From the NCBI GenBank assembly GCA_051362555.1, contig CM120649.1, forward strand, positions 10,726,001 through 10,790,000: DNA of 64,000 bases, read 5' to 3'. The notes under the pieces are model-generated. The model was given only the letters and a program-made list of their open reading frames with translations, had not been told where the DNA came from and searched no databases. The translations under genes were made by a program, and so were the position numbers. This DNA is from Lingula anatina (taxonomy: Eukaryota > Animalia > Brachiopoda). Every line of letters starts with the position of its first letter. Position 1 is the stretch's first letter. Positions 27,101-39,767 of this stretch are shown in pieces.

Positions 27101-30100
27101 ATAAGTACATTACGTGCACCTGTAAATACAGTAAAGTCACGCGGGACGTGACACTGACATACACGTACAGTAGTTGTCAATTATTATTTACTGGCTATCT
27201 ACTAATCGAAGCTAGCATTATAACAGAGAAAAAGTTACGATCGCAAGTACTATACCACAAATGATTCAGTTAACAGCGGTTTCAATTTTTGTGGTAGTAG
27301 CATAGAAGCAGTAGAAACAACGATGTTACACGTGTGATTTTACAGTTTGATACCTGTGACTCCATACGTATTGCATGTAGCGGGCAACTCAAACGTGGCT
27401 GAAATGTGTGATGTGTTATTTTCTAGATATATAAGTTAGATTTATGTAGGCCTACGGCTACTACTGGTAGTAACAACTAGGGTGAAATAAAACAGATTCA
27501 GGTATTTTTAAACGAATGAATAGCTCGTTATGATACAAAATGATATACTGAACGACAGCACCACTTTTGAGTCGGGTTTATAAGTTAAATTTCTCACGCG
27601 CCTTTTTATTTCAGTTTGTGGAGATCCTCTGGACATCATCTTCGTTATCGATGGTTCCTACAGTATTTGGAGTCCGCATTTCGTTAAGCAGAAGGAATTT
27701 CTCCGAGGCTTTGTTGAAGAGTTCAACATTGAAAGAGACGGCAACGGAACACGTATTGGCGCCATTGTTTTTGCCGACAACACAGAAGTTGCATTTAATC
27801 TCAAAGACCATTTCAATAAGGATGACCTGTTCGAGGCTATAGACAGGATAACACAGATCGGTAAGTAGCATGAGTGTAGAAAACCCCTTTGTTGATGATA
27901 TGTGTATACCTGCACACACCCCACCTAGTGTTACTTCTACTATCTCCTATTACGCCATAATTACGACGTATTGATATTTCCACCTAGTGCAATCACACAT
28001 ATTTTGGGCTGATAAAAATATCCCGAAATTTTGAGGTTAATAACCACTTTTCTGTGATAACAAAATGAAAAGTCTCCCCCTGTCACATAAAAGTATTGCT
28101 TCTACACATTATATAGCCTATCTGTTGTAAGATCTTTGTGGCACGGTGGTCAATTCAAAATCTTTGTACAAATATACATGTACATGTATATATACCCGGT
28201 ACGTACATGTGTACCGGTCCTTTAATTTATCCCGATACTTTACGCTAACCTTTTCCCATACTTATGAAATTGAACCCTGGATATTCATTTCCAGGACTAC
28301 CATACAAGTACTACCGGTGTAACGTGACAGAGAGTCCCCCATAACAGAGAGTCCGCTCCCCATTCATTTGTACAGATGAGCCTCGCTGTATATTTTGACC
28401 CACTTAATTCAGACTAACCCTAACCATTAAAACTATATGGAGGGCGGACTTTCTGTTACATGGACCCTCAGTTTCGTTACACCGGCAGTACCCGTCACAC
28501 CGCATATTTGTCCATGCATCCCATTGTGTATTGAATACCACGTGGGTATAAATAAAACTACATGTATTTAGTCTTGTGTATCAGAAGAGGTAAAAAACGT
28601 GACTTGTTAAATAGAATTATGATTAATTGTGATGACTAATTTTCGAAACTGTTACCGTATTTTATCCATCCGATATACGATATTTTTGTAAATATCTGTA
28701 AATACATCGTGTGATACTTACCATACTGTGCATGTGTCCTTCATTGTAACGTATTTATTTTCTATGGCATTCAGGCGGTGGCACTCACACTGACAAGGCT
28801 TTAATAAAGGTGCGAGAAGAAATGCTTCTACCATCGAACGGAGCGCGTCTTGGTCAAGTTCCGCAGATCATTATCGTGATGACAGATGGCGTCTCCTGGG
28901 ACCCGAATGAGACGAAAAAGGAAGCGGAGCGTTTGCACAATGGTCAATATCCGGCAAGAGTTATTGCAATCGGAATAGGATTACAGGTAATAAAGTGAAG
29001 GAAAACTTTCGTAGCAAAACGACTCGACAGACTGAAAGCTGGATTAAATTCACTGCAGTGAAACGCTATATAATTGATTAAACGTTCTGAACTTAAGAAA
29101 AACGCTGCGCGCTTACTGTTTGTCGGTATTTGTTAGTTCTGCCTCAGACTTCACTGACAGTGTTGTACGATGACATTCATTTTGGCTTTACAGGTATGGG
29201 GAGGGCTGTTTTTCATTATTTATACCAGCCGTATTAATACCATGCACTTTTTTCAAATTGTTTACACCAATGGCTTGTGCCTTTTAATAATCTTCGTTGA
29301 CGTTTAGGTCCACAAGATCGAAACACCATTACTATGACAGAATTGAACTGCTATTGTACAGGCCTGTAGGCAGCAATTTCGAAAGTTTCTTGTTCTGAAA
29401 AAGTGGAATGATGCCTTCATGTAGCTTGGTAAAATTTTACCAGGAGGGGACCTTTTCCCGGCAAAAAAGGGGTTCTTTCGAACCCCCCAAACCACTCCTG
29501 GCTACAGGCCTGCTGTAGTACGATCCATCCGTCAGCTTACATGTTTTGTACAGTTACGTTACATTTCCCAGGTCGACCAAAACGAAATATATGCACTATC
29601 AAGTTTACCAAAGGAGAAGAACGTGTTTACAGTGACGAGTTATGAGACACTCCAGGAAATCAAGAATGACCTCGCCATTCGCACTTGCGAAGTTAAATCC
29701 CCGGAAATGGAGTGGACAGGTTCGTGCTATGGTGACGTCATATTCAACAGTTTCGTCTAAACGACGATTTTCCCATACTTTCCAATGCTGTTGAATCTCT
29801 TCCGACATTCTAAGTTGGTCGTTTTTTTGGTGTCGTTTTGGTAATAAGTTTTAATGGTACAAGACTCTTTACCCCCGCATTCTTAATTAAGAGTTTATTA
29901 CGGAGGGTAGCCATCTATGAAGGTACACTTCGGCGATAACCGTCGTTTTGGTGGTAAAATGGAATTAATTATACTTCCATGCGTTGTGTACAGTGTAGTA
30001 AAGTGTGAATTTTGATTCTCAGAGTTGTTTTCCCTTAAAGTGAATTTATTTTCGCCATATTATCTTCAGTGATGCATTTTACCAAATTTAAAATGTATTG

Positions 30101-31363
30101 TATGATGTTTCTTTTCAGACTGTGGGATAAATAGAACGGTAGATGTCGCCTTCGTGCTGGGAGAGTCCACAACCACTACGCCGGAGTCTACCGCACAGAT
30201 CCTCGGGTTCGTCCGGAACCTCACGAGTCGATTTACGATCGGAGACGGAAAAATTCGGGTCGCTTTGGTACCGGCTGATTGCAATAACCCAGGGTTCCAC
30301 CTCAGCAGATTTAATGATAGACAATCAATCTTTTCTCACTTGGATAATTACAGGGTGTGTAGTTCATGATTTCTTTAAAACTGCAGGAACACAGCAGCAT
30401 GGTCTGTTGTAGTCTGGAAATAGCCTGGTTTACGTCACAAGACAAATAAATTATCCAACGAATCATTTAAACACAAAGAAGAATTCGCTTTCAAGATATA
30501 CCAATACATGTAGTGTAATGGCTATACAGCAAAAAACGATGTTCACATTATGTACATATATCTTATCATAAATTCTAAATGTTATGATAAAAAACAACTA
30601 AATTACTAATTTATTTTGATTAATTTCAACACCATTGCAGATGGACGCTCCAACTAATGCAGGTCGACTGCATTACTTGCGCACTGTAACGTTTACATCG
30701 GCTAAAGGAGCGCGTGACGGTGTGCGTAAACTGGCCATCACAGTTCTCACCAACAAGTCACGTAATGTCAACGCAACCATAGCGGCTGCTGAGGAAGCAA
30801 AGGAAGCCGGGATTGAGATGATCGCCATCGGCATTGGGGATGAAGTAGATACGGACGAGCTGCATGGGATCGCCTCCACGACCAATAGAGTGTTCCGCCT
30901 CCTGGATTACAACGCATTCCGCGTGCGTATCAGGAGGTTGCTGTACAAAGTGATCTGTAAAGGTAAGTTGTCTAGATCAACCGAAATTAAGAAGTCGTGC
31001 CTTGTGTGTGCAGTTTATTTCAGGCGATTGATATTTAATGATATTACCCATTACAGCCATCTTATTTTTTTTAAGGAACCGAAACATTTAATTATACCTG
31101 TTTATTTGCAAAATGTCCCAACACGTTTCAACATTATTTGGATATATTTTACTTTCTTTCGGTCCACGGATGGCCCTTAGTTAAACATAATGAAGACACG
31201 AGACGCCAGAAGGTTATGAAAATGTATAAAAGTGTAGAAGTGAATAGCTGGACAATTTCTTTATTATTATTTTTTAGGTGAAACAACCCCTCATCCGGCA
31301 ACGACTGAACCGCCAGTTTTTCCGACGGTATGCCTCCCTGTTACTCCGCCATCTCAACAATAA
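22521..31363 (+). CDS. Secreted tandem two-VWA-domain extracellular matrix protein (matrilin/collagen-VI/PTMP-like), 8 coding exons, about 461 aa
   Basis: Exons 22521-22571, 24367-24451, 27615-27860, 28775-28986, 29572-29719, 30119-30354, 30641-30962, 31278-31363; GT-AG, phases consistent, 1386 nt. Signal peptide MITLSMLLCGILISSGEVRA. VWA1 has DIIFVIDGSYS, GGGTHT and IVMTDG. VWA2 has DVAFVLGESTT and GIEMIAIGIG. Pro/Thr-rich tail. AATAAA at about 31658 and 31756. The first two exons are less certain than the VWA exons. Confidence 0.88.
22891..23098. mobile_element. PIF/Harbinger-type MITE (gaccccattccc family), copy A of an inverted pair
   Basis: Flanked by TAA (22888-22890, 23099-23101); homologous to 15152-15365 in the opposite orientation. 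Confidence 0.85.
23102..23922. mobile_element. PIF/Harbinger-type MITE copy B, interrupted by a nested MITE
   Basis: TAA flanks (23099-23101, 23923-23925); ends gggaatggggtc; interrupted at 23175-23838. Confidence 0.8.
23175..23838. mobile_element. Nested MITE with about 45-bp TIRs and subterminal gga-cat/atg-tcc repeats
   Basis: cgatgtgaagggaatggatgtccgccgtaatgcatgtccgtagga / tcctacggacatgcattacggcggacatccattcccttcacaccg. Confidence 0.88.
24611..27066. mobile_element. Possible Kolobok-type element (TTAA TSD, AGG..CCT ends) in VWA intron 2
   Basis: ttaa|aggacaatgttcatg ... catgaagcaaaccct|ttaa imperfect TIR; internal MPRCVAVG at 24920 resembles a decayed THAP start. Weak support. Confidence 0.4.
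25640..26050 (+). mobile_element. Degenerate RTEX-like LINE ORF2 3' fragment
   Basis: Reads VRNELETLGL...RLKDNFRQTL...IAKLILSSH, the same pattern as the 54677-55407 fragment; contains stops and frameshifts. Confidence 0.5.
28314..28485. mobile_element. Small MITE (TIR ccggtgtaacg) with internal telomere-like ctaaccctaacc
   Basis: ccggtgtaacg ... cgttacaccgg; internal gtaacagagagtcc-type inverted and direct subrepeats. Confidence 0.75.
29359..29512. mobile_element. MITE of the caggcc(c/t)gtag family with 5-bp TSD
   Basis: caggcctgtag...ctacaggcctg; flanks ttgta / ctgta; homologous (reverse) to 37343-37504. Confidence 0.8.
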
Positions 31364-32289
31364 GTGTCACGTTTCTACTACAAGCGGCGTTGACATGCAC
31401 GAGAAGATCACGAAACAATATTGTTTAAGCGCATGACACCGGGAGAAAACATGTTACCATCTACAATCAGCGCCATCGCCAGACCACTTTGTGCTTACAA
31501 CTGCAATTTTCCCAGTTGCTCTAAACAGTCACTTCCGGTTGAGAGACACATCTGCACATACTAGTAATGCCACAGTTTAAGTAGAATTGATTACTACGAG
31601 ACTTTAAAAGCTTTTTATAAGCTGCTGATAGATAGTTTAGATTGGTTAAGATAGATAAATAAAAAGAAAGATCCAATTGTTTTATTCCAATGCACCTATG
31701 CCATGGTGATTTATTGTAATCTATTACTTATAAAAAATATAGAGGGTGAAATTATAATAAAAGATGAAAATTGTCAGTATTAATTGCACAACAGTTTATT
31801 TATCATCAGTACGGGTTTCATAACAAGTCACACTATATATTGTCTTTCACACAGCAAGGCTTGTGTCACAGTATGTCTTTATAGTTGTCAGTATTATAAA
31901 TGCCTGGTTATCATATAAATATGTAAAGTTTTCTTTAATTCTTTTTCCGTAGTGAGTATATTGCATACAGCTTACATGTACCAGTAGATCCATATTTTGA
32001 TACAGTAGTGAAGTAAGTGAAGTTCATCTATCATGTTACAGTACTGACAAACGGTTTTAAGTATCTTTTTATACACGTGCCATGTAGCACTGGTTCAATA
32101 ATAACGATAAGAGCACTATAACTTTTAAGCCTGGTCAATGCAGGCACTCGGGAGACATACAATATCTCATGTAACCGACTTTATGAAAATTTGCAAATAA
32201 ATATGTCCGCGTAATTTTACCAGTTTTATATTGTTTTGATAAACCAGTGGATTCTTTGGCTTTAAGTTTACATTAACAATCAAGGACTG

Positions 32290-32490
32290 GGCTCCCATCC
32301 CTAGATCGATCTAACAGGATCGGTCCATCTCCACGGGGTTTCGCGCAAAATTGCTTTCAGCTTATGTAGCTTAGATGTCTGGCACGCCTGCTAAAGCTGC
32401 TAAACGATAGTTAATTACCCCCTATCAGCTACAGTAGGCGTGACAGACATTTAATCCGCTTAAGTTAATTGCAATTAAGCGAGTCTCTAG
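32290..32490. mobile_element. Degraded copy of the gaccccattccc MITE family
   Basis: Shares tagatcgatcta, gttaattacccc, agct..agtaggcg..acagacattt with 15152-15365. Confidence 0.6.
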
Positions 32491-34081
32491 GCAACTCCAG
32501 TCGGCACAGGTGGCAATATGTAATTACAGTTGTGTTATTGGATATATAGTTGAAAATGTATTAATACATGTTGTAACTTACGTTTTTCACGGTTACCGGC
32601 CGATAATGTCCAAAGACCCAGACTGTACACATGTACGATCAAACCCGTTTTCGAGCTCTTGATTTCTAAACTTTCCGTTACGAGTCACTTGTCCTGTGTC
32701 CCTAACTCGAAAATGTCTCAAAGAAAGAGGACTTTATTTAATTAATTTAAATTCACCCCACATTAACAATACTACAAACCGTGGCTTTTCCCCAGAGCGT
32801 TTTCCCTACGTAATATCGTTTTCCCCATCTCTTTATACTCAATTTACTCAAGATGTTTTGGTTGTAATAAAAGAGAAAAAAACATAGATGAGTAAGTGCA
32901 TGTCACTGTAGTGTACTAGATTCGTTGGGAAAAAAGGCGCAAAACCAGGGAATATAGGGGGTTTAAGCCAACACAGAAGGGAAACAGTTTGGAATAGCAC
33001 GGACATTAAAAAAAAAGTGATAATAAATCGGGTGCGTCGCTCTCCAAGGCAATTTTGTTTTTGCCACAACTTAGTCTTCTCTAACACAATCATGTTCCTG
33101 CTACCCACCTTTTCCTCAACCGAGATTCTTATTCAAATGAGGTGACATCCAGGTGACAGGTATTCAGGAAGCCATGATGGAAGGAACGTGGTGATGGTTC
33201 CCGTCGTTGAAACATGATATATCTAATGCTACCTGCAAGAACTGGCCATGACAACTTGTAAGTACAACTAATGTGTTGCTTTTCTCACTACTGTAACAAA
33301 GACGGGATCTGAAAACGTTCGAGTAGGATGGATAATTTCACAATTGTACTTTTATATCAGGTTCTCCGCACCGTTTGTCATCGAATCTCCCACGCAGCAA
33401 GGTCATGTTTGGACAGTTTATATGAATTACGGATTGAAATACTGTGTTTACTTTGAATTCTCGAGACATTCACAAGAAGTTGAGTCTTGAAATAAGATTA
33501 AAATATAACTTGTTTAGTAAAACTTGCGCAAAGAGAAATGCGAGCTTTTTAACACTTCAGAATTGATACTGCATTGATTAATTGCAAGGTCGAATTAATA
33601 ATTCCTTATCTACCTTATTTTTCATCTCTTCCAGTAGTCAGTGCATACAACAGAGGAAGATGTTTTTCCGCCGAGAAGTTACATGTACATCACTTCAAAT
33701 GTACCTCTTGGTTTCAATAATGCTGAGTACATGTTAACAAGACAAACGTAGTTGTGCATATGCAAGTTTAAAAACGTGATAGCGATAGCAGAGAAAATGT
33801 ACATGTTATTACACATTTTAGAATCATAATTTTAAAGGACAAGGTACATGTACGCACGTTATGCCAAAATAGGTACGTCTGTCAAGCAATGCATGTTTGA
33901 TTTAAAAAAAAACCCGGCAAATTTGAGTTTGTTCATCAAAGTTTTATGTCAAAACACACATGCACTATATACTGCAAATGAATCCAGCAATAACCGATAG
34001 TAAAACACGAGGGCTAGCATGAGAATGATGTTATCCTTCAGCTCGTCAATTACCAGGCCGGGCAAATAGCCCCCCCCCCCC

Positions 34082-34115
<34 letters not shown>

Positions 34116-34434
34116 ATACACCGGCTTATTATTTCTGCTCTCGTTTGAAAACATTGGCGAACGAAGACTCGTTTTATTTTACAGTTATCAGTAGAACACA
34201 GGCATGAGACGGACCTCTTTTTGCATCGTACGTACCGTTACTACAGCCAGTCACGTGCTTATTGATTATGTACATGTATCAACTATTGTGATTGCACGTT
34301 TCCTGCGCTTGTAACATTGTCCCATCAATAATATAACAAATTTTACAAGTCATTTAACTAAATTTTTAGGGTCTACAGAACTAAAACGACGTTCGCGAGA
34401 TTTGGGATCATTTTTTATTATCTATAGAGTAGTA

Positions 34435-35426
34435 CACGCTGCCCCCCCCCCCCCCCCCAAAAAAAAAAAAAAAGAATATTAAATTTATTAAATCCTATAA
34501 AAGTATAGCAAATATCAATTTTAAACACCAGTATGAGTATGATCATTCCCTAAAGTTTCAGTTTTCTTTGTCGCTTTGCATAAATTTTATTCTTTAAAAA
34601 AATACGCTCCAAATGGACTCCGAGGCATTGGAGGCACACTTGCATACATCACCCAAAATATCAATTTCTCAAACACATTCCTCCTTCGGGATTTCCCCGA
34701 TTTTTGCTGTGATTGCATCCTACATTTCACCAATCATTTTAATGTTCTGGTACAAATTATCTTTGAGATAACCCCACAGATAAAAATCTGGGGGGGGGGG
34801 GGGGGGGTCAAATCCGGTGAATGCGGTGCCCACACAAAGTCACACTTTTTGCCGATCAGCCACTGAAATAGCTTTCTCCGTCAGGCAAGAGAGTCATTTG
34901 ATGTGTGGGGATGGCCCTGTCTTGCTGAAACCACTGTCCATCTTGATCTATCCCTCTAAATCGTCCCAGTGATGTCCAAAGCTTCCTCAGCACTGCCACG
35001 TGATCAGCAGGTGTGATGTTGAGTGGGCAACGCATTCGCCGGACTTGAATCCCCTCCCCGTCATATTTTTTTTCTGTAGGGGTACCTCAAGGATAAAGTG
35101 TACCAGAACAACCCTCAGATTGGTGAACTGTGGGGAGCAATTAATGCAAAAATCAGGGAAATCCCGAAGGCAGAGTGTTTGAGAAATTGACAGTTTTTTT
35201 CGCGACGTATGCAACTGAGCGTCCAATGCCTCGAAGCTCATTTGGGGCATTTTTTAAAAAAGAACAAAAATTTTATGCAAAGCGACCAAAAAAAAAAAAA
35301 AAAATGAAACTTTGGCGAATGATCGAGCACATATTGCAGTTTAATCCAAGCAAATTCCTTGTAATTTGATGGACCTTTGCAGGATTCAACAAAATGCTTA
35401 TGGGTTTCGTTTTTTCATTTTTATTA

Positions 35427-35458
<32 letters not shown>

Positions 35459-35477
35459 GGTAGGGGGAGTCACCCTG
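34435..35477. mobile_element. Tc1/mariner-derived palindromic element made of two inverted transposase 3' ends
   Basis: TA flanks (34433-34434, 35478-35479); right end caccctg|ta. Minus arm encodes WAPHSPDLTPP..FYLWGYLKD and plus arm WATHSPDLNPL..GYLKDKVY (the WPxxSPDL motif of Tc1/mariner transposases). The downstream non-coding arms are reverse-complementary. Confidence 0.8.
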
Positions 35478-36159
35478 TACCTGGCAGTATCTCTCTCTCT
35501 CTCATGTGATATGGATATATGTCTTTCTTCCATGGATTCTTTGGTCGAACACTGTTTCAGAGTTAGGCAGTTATAAGTATTACATCATAGTATGAATTAT
35601 TGAATCCATGTAAGGGACACGATAGGCCTATATGACCTGCATAGACGGTTATTATTTTGATACTTCAGGCAAGTATGTACCTACAGTGCACACAGTGTAT
35701 TGACAATTTACGTCTGTGAATTCTTGATACGTCCAAAAACAAATGTTAAAACCATGACCGTCATAGTCGTTTATAGAGTGTATTAGTATATGTATAATGT
35801 ATACAGTTTTAGCGAGCCCACATGCTTATTTTGCACCGCACTTCGTGTAAGGTATTAAGCACACTTAGTACATGCAGTAAAAGAATTTTGTGTCGTTACC
35901 CTAAAATGCGTAGTTTGAGTCGAATGTTCATATCATTGAAATGAATAAATGAAACATGTTCAAAAGAAAATAAAAATATTATTCTTATTTTTATTTGGTA
36001 TAAATGTATTCCCACTAGTGTAAACCACAGTGAATTTCAAATAAAATAAAGTGCATACCCGATTTTGTTGATTGCGTTCTTCCTGACTGCCACTGATCCT
36101 AAGTAATTTGCTCCGTTAAAAAGGAAACCTTTGGTGTCAATTCAATCTATTTTTTTTCT

Positions 36160-36560
36160 ACAAAATTGAGCTCTTTAGGGTATCAATGCCGTCATTTTCT
36201 GATCCCAAGTCTATCGTGTTATCGGTTCGTCTATTCACCCCACCAACTACCCAAAACTTTGGATCTTCCTTACTTCCTTTATGAGTCGTTTTTTTTCTTT
36301 TTCGACAAAATGTAACCTCTTTGGGAATCGATCCTGTCACCTTCTAGTTTCCAGTCTAGCACGTTACCGGTTCGTCTATTCACCCAACCACCCACCCTAA
36401 ACTTTGGATGTTCCATTTATAGTTATGGGCGAACAAAATTTTTCTATAAAAATACATCTTGTCTGGGAATCGATCCTGTCATCTTCTAGTCTTCAGTCTA
36501 GCACGTTACCGGTTCGTCTATTCACCCAACCACCCACCCTAAACTTTCTATCTTCCCTTT
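36160..36560 (-). repeat. Tandem array of three tRNA(Phe)-like / SINE-head Pol III units, period about 143 bp
   Basis: Minus strand gggtgaatagacgaaccggtaacgtgctagactgaagactagaagatgacaggatcgattccc (36527-36465), with copies at 36385-36323 and 36240-36175. Each has A-box-like and B-box-like (ggatcgattccc) motifs and a T4-5 run about 10 nt downstream; the best copy has a CTGAAGA anticodon loop. Confidence 0.65.
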
Positions 36561-37342
36561 ATAATTACAGATGAATATTTATACGACAAAATAAATGGAG
36601 TGGCTTTGATATTCATGCCAAGCTTTATTGAAGATTGGATTTAAAATAACTCGGTTGAAATATGCTTAATACATTTATTCACATTAGAAGATATATATGC
36701 ACCACTCTACTGTAGATGACAAAAATGTCCACCATACATTTCTTAATAAAGTATTTATGTACTATAGGAAATGCATCTAGTCAAATTTTAACATCATGAA
36801 TACACCAATAAAGACATTTGGATAGAACAATAGCACTGGTAAAATCAAGGAGTTATAACTCCTTGGTAAAATGATCACATAAATTAATAAATAACATGAT
36901 TGCACTACTGTACCTATAAATCAATCACAATTCTTTTTGTCTTGGCTACTATTAATTTACCAGTGAACATTGTTCAAGCTACATGTGGCATCCTTGTTTA
37001 CTCGCCATCACGTTATATAACACTAGGCTATTCACAAAGATAGCCAGATCGATGACCTTGATAGTGATCTCTATATCTGGTCGGATCAGACACATACAAA
37101 CACAATAAAATACCAATGGTCAGCTAAATAACATGCCACATTTACTAGACAACTTTTGCTATGGAAACACTGGTTCACGTACTGGTATTGGTAAGCATGC
37201 CGGGGTGGCAGGAATGGTACAGTGTACATGTACTTCATGTACCGGGTACTAGGAATAGAAATCCGGAGTCCCATACAGGAGTGATTAGTGCTGGTTGGGG
37301 ACAGTCGGGGTATTGAGGTTACTACATGTACATGTACCGTAT

Positions 37343-37504
37343 CAGGCCCGTAGCCAGGGGGGTTCGGGGGATTCGAAAGAACCGCCCCTTTTGCTGGGAT
37401 AAGGTCCACTCTGGGTAAAATTTGATCTAGGTAAATGAAGTTTTTATGGAAAAAGGTCCACTTTTTCAAAAACCCCCCTTTTGAAATTGCTGGCTACGGG
37501 CCTG
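37343..37504. mobile_element. MITE with 15-bp TIRs and 5-bp TSD cgtat
   Basis: caggcccgtagccag ... ctggctacgggcctg; cgtat at 37338-37342 and 37505-37509. Confidence 0.88.
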
Positions 37505-38086
37505 CGTATGTAGTTTACCCTCTACCAGGGCCGAAGATTAATCATGTGCACTTTTTATCGGAGGTCGGAAATACAATGAAATAATTTATATCCAGGGACA
37601 TATCTGTAAATGTCTAGTGAAAAATCAATTTGTGGTCCTGATAGAGGGTACGGTTAGTACACGTACCGGGTAAATGGAACGATTGTCACCAGTACAGAGT
37701 ACCGGGGAACGGACTAGGGTTCCTAAAGGACTACCACTCCTGTCACTCCGGAATACCTGGTAACCATGCCAAATGATTTCCTCCAAGAGTTAAGAAAATA
37801 AAATGATACTGGTATAAATAAAAGTGATGCATCCAATGCCTCTGAGATGGAAACTCCACGTTGCTGAAGCGAGCTCAATCCTGATACATGTACATAACAG
37901 AAAATGACAGTCAATGTCTCGGGTCACATCTTGGTGATAAATGCACTGGCGGGAAACTACCCTCACGTAGAGCTTTTGAATACTCCCCCCCCCCCCCCCC
38001 GAATAAACAAACAAACAAATTAATAAATAAATTCATGAGTAAATACTGAAAGAAGCAGATATCACAATGTGAAAAAAAAAAAAAAA

Positions 38087-38324
38087 AACAAGGCAGCAAA
38101 GCTGTCAAATGTACAGACAAAAGGAGAAAATAAAAAGGCACATAATAAGACACTATCAATTCTGTGCTATAATACATTATGCCTAACTGCAAAGTCAACA
38201 TCAAATTTTATTTATGCACAACAGGTAATACCAATGAAAGTAAAAGCAGAAGGCTTCAGGCCCATGAGAGTTCAAATTCACACTTAGAAAATGCCAGATT
38301 GAGAAAAATGATAAATTCACAAAA

Positions 38325-38355
<31 letters not shown>

Positions 38356-39270
38356 GAAAAAATGCATAAATTCAATTAAAAATGATAATCCAATAGAGCT
38401 GGTTTTCTTATTTGAGCTGTATGTCAATCCTAAGAATCATTCTTGTAAGTTAAAAAAATAATAAGTAACACAGTCTTCTTTTCATAACATTTATGGTGGC
38501 AGTGCACAAAGTAGTTTTTAAAATTAATTCTGATGCAATATAACATAATGATAAACTGTATAATTACCACCAATTATCTACTATTAATAACATGGGCATT
38601 TAGAAAATTTGATTACCATTGGGCTTTATGCCAGTGGGAGGTCTGAGTCCCACACTGAAAATGCCAATATGTGAAAGATAAAAATTGCACAAAAATGTAC
38701 AACAGAAAAAGCAGAAAATAAAGATGCAGAAAATAGGCCATTTTGTCAATTTTGATGCAATAACAAATAATGCTTATAACAGCACAGTCAATCAACACTG
38801 AATTTTAATCATCCACAACAGGTTACATGGTCAATAAGATTAGTTTGAGGGCCATGAGAGTTCAAATTCACTAAATGAAAATCCCAATATATGAAAACTA
38901 ATGACAGTACATAAAATAATATTACAAAAATTTTAAAGACATAAACACCAATACATCTGCTTATATGGAAATACAGAAAATGTACAGAGCTTCAGGTGGA
39001 TGGGAGTTAAAAGTCACATCTTGAAAACGCCAGTGTTTAAAAAAATATTAAAAGAAAACATAACAGAAAATATTCCAATAAAGCTGCTAATCAAACTTTT
39101 AATCTAGCTGTATTATCATGATATGAATAATCCCATTGAGTTCAAGGATAATAATGCACTGTTATTCATCTATAGCATTAATGTTGGCATTACACAAAAT
39201 AGGATTTTTCTTTTGTAAAGTTATTTACAATAATAGAGAGATTCAGCAGGACGTTAAATGTGTACATAAA
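38087..39270 (+). mobile_element. HINE-like element with degraded 3' end
   Basis: Same 5' end aacaaggcagcaaagctgtcaaatgtacagaca as 39991; internal ggccc/atgagagttcaaattcac subrepeats; residual gtacataaa end. Confidence 0.6.
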
Positions 39271-39767
39271 CGTGTAACGTAGTAGGTTGTTGCCTTCTAC
39301 ATCACGACTTTTGACATACAGCCTCACGTTAAATCTCTTCTTGCGTGCATTCTGAATGTGAAGGAGGCTGTTTACACGTAAGTGAAGACAGCGAGTTTTT
39401 AAATGCCCTTTAAGTGTAGAAAAATCATTATTCTTTATATCATTTTCATTATCATAGCAAGATTAACCATTCAATAGATTTTTTATATAATTTTGAGTTA
39501 CATGGCTAACTGAAGGAAAAACAGGCTTTTTACAGAGGTGCTCTTTGCATTGTCAGATTCTCTTTAGAAATTCCTCTTGTATGCAATGACCAAGAATCCA
39601 TATAGCACTTGCTTTCTACAATGAAAATGTCTGTGATTAAATCAAGTTGATTTTTTCTTTCTGCTTGTTCAAAGAGAAGACATAAGGTTATTAAAATTGT
39701 TAAGCTTTCCAATTAAATGGTTTTTCTGTTCATTACAGTGTTGTACTGTTCTAGGTGCTTCTCAAAA

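Noticed and set aside
34071-34113. Poly-C/poly-A and poly-G runs here and at about 16737, 34442, 35438, 43629 and 45830
   Set aside because: Simple homopolymer expansions with lengths prone to sequencing error; no evidence of function.
36160-36560. CRISPR-like repeat-spacer appearance, or functional tRNA genes
   Set aside because: Eukaryotic context, no cas genes, degenerate long repeats and spacers related to each other; no acceptor stem, so not called as tRNA.
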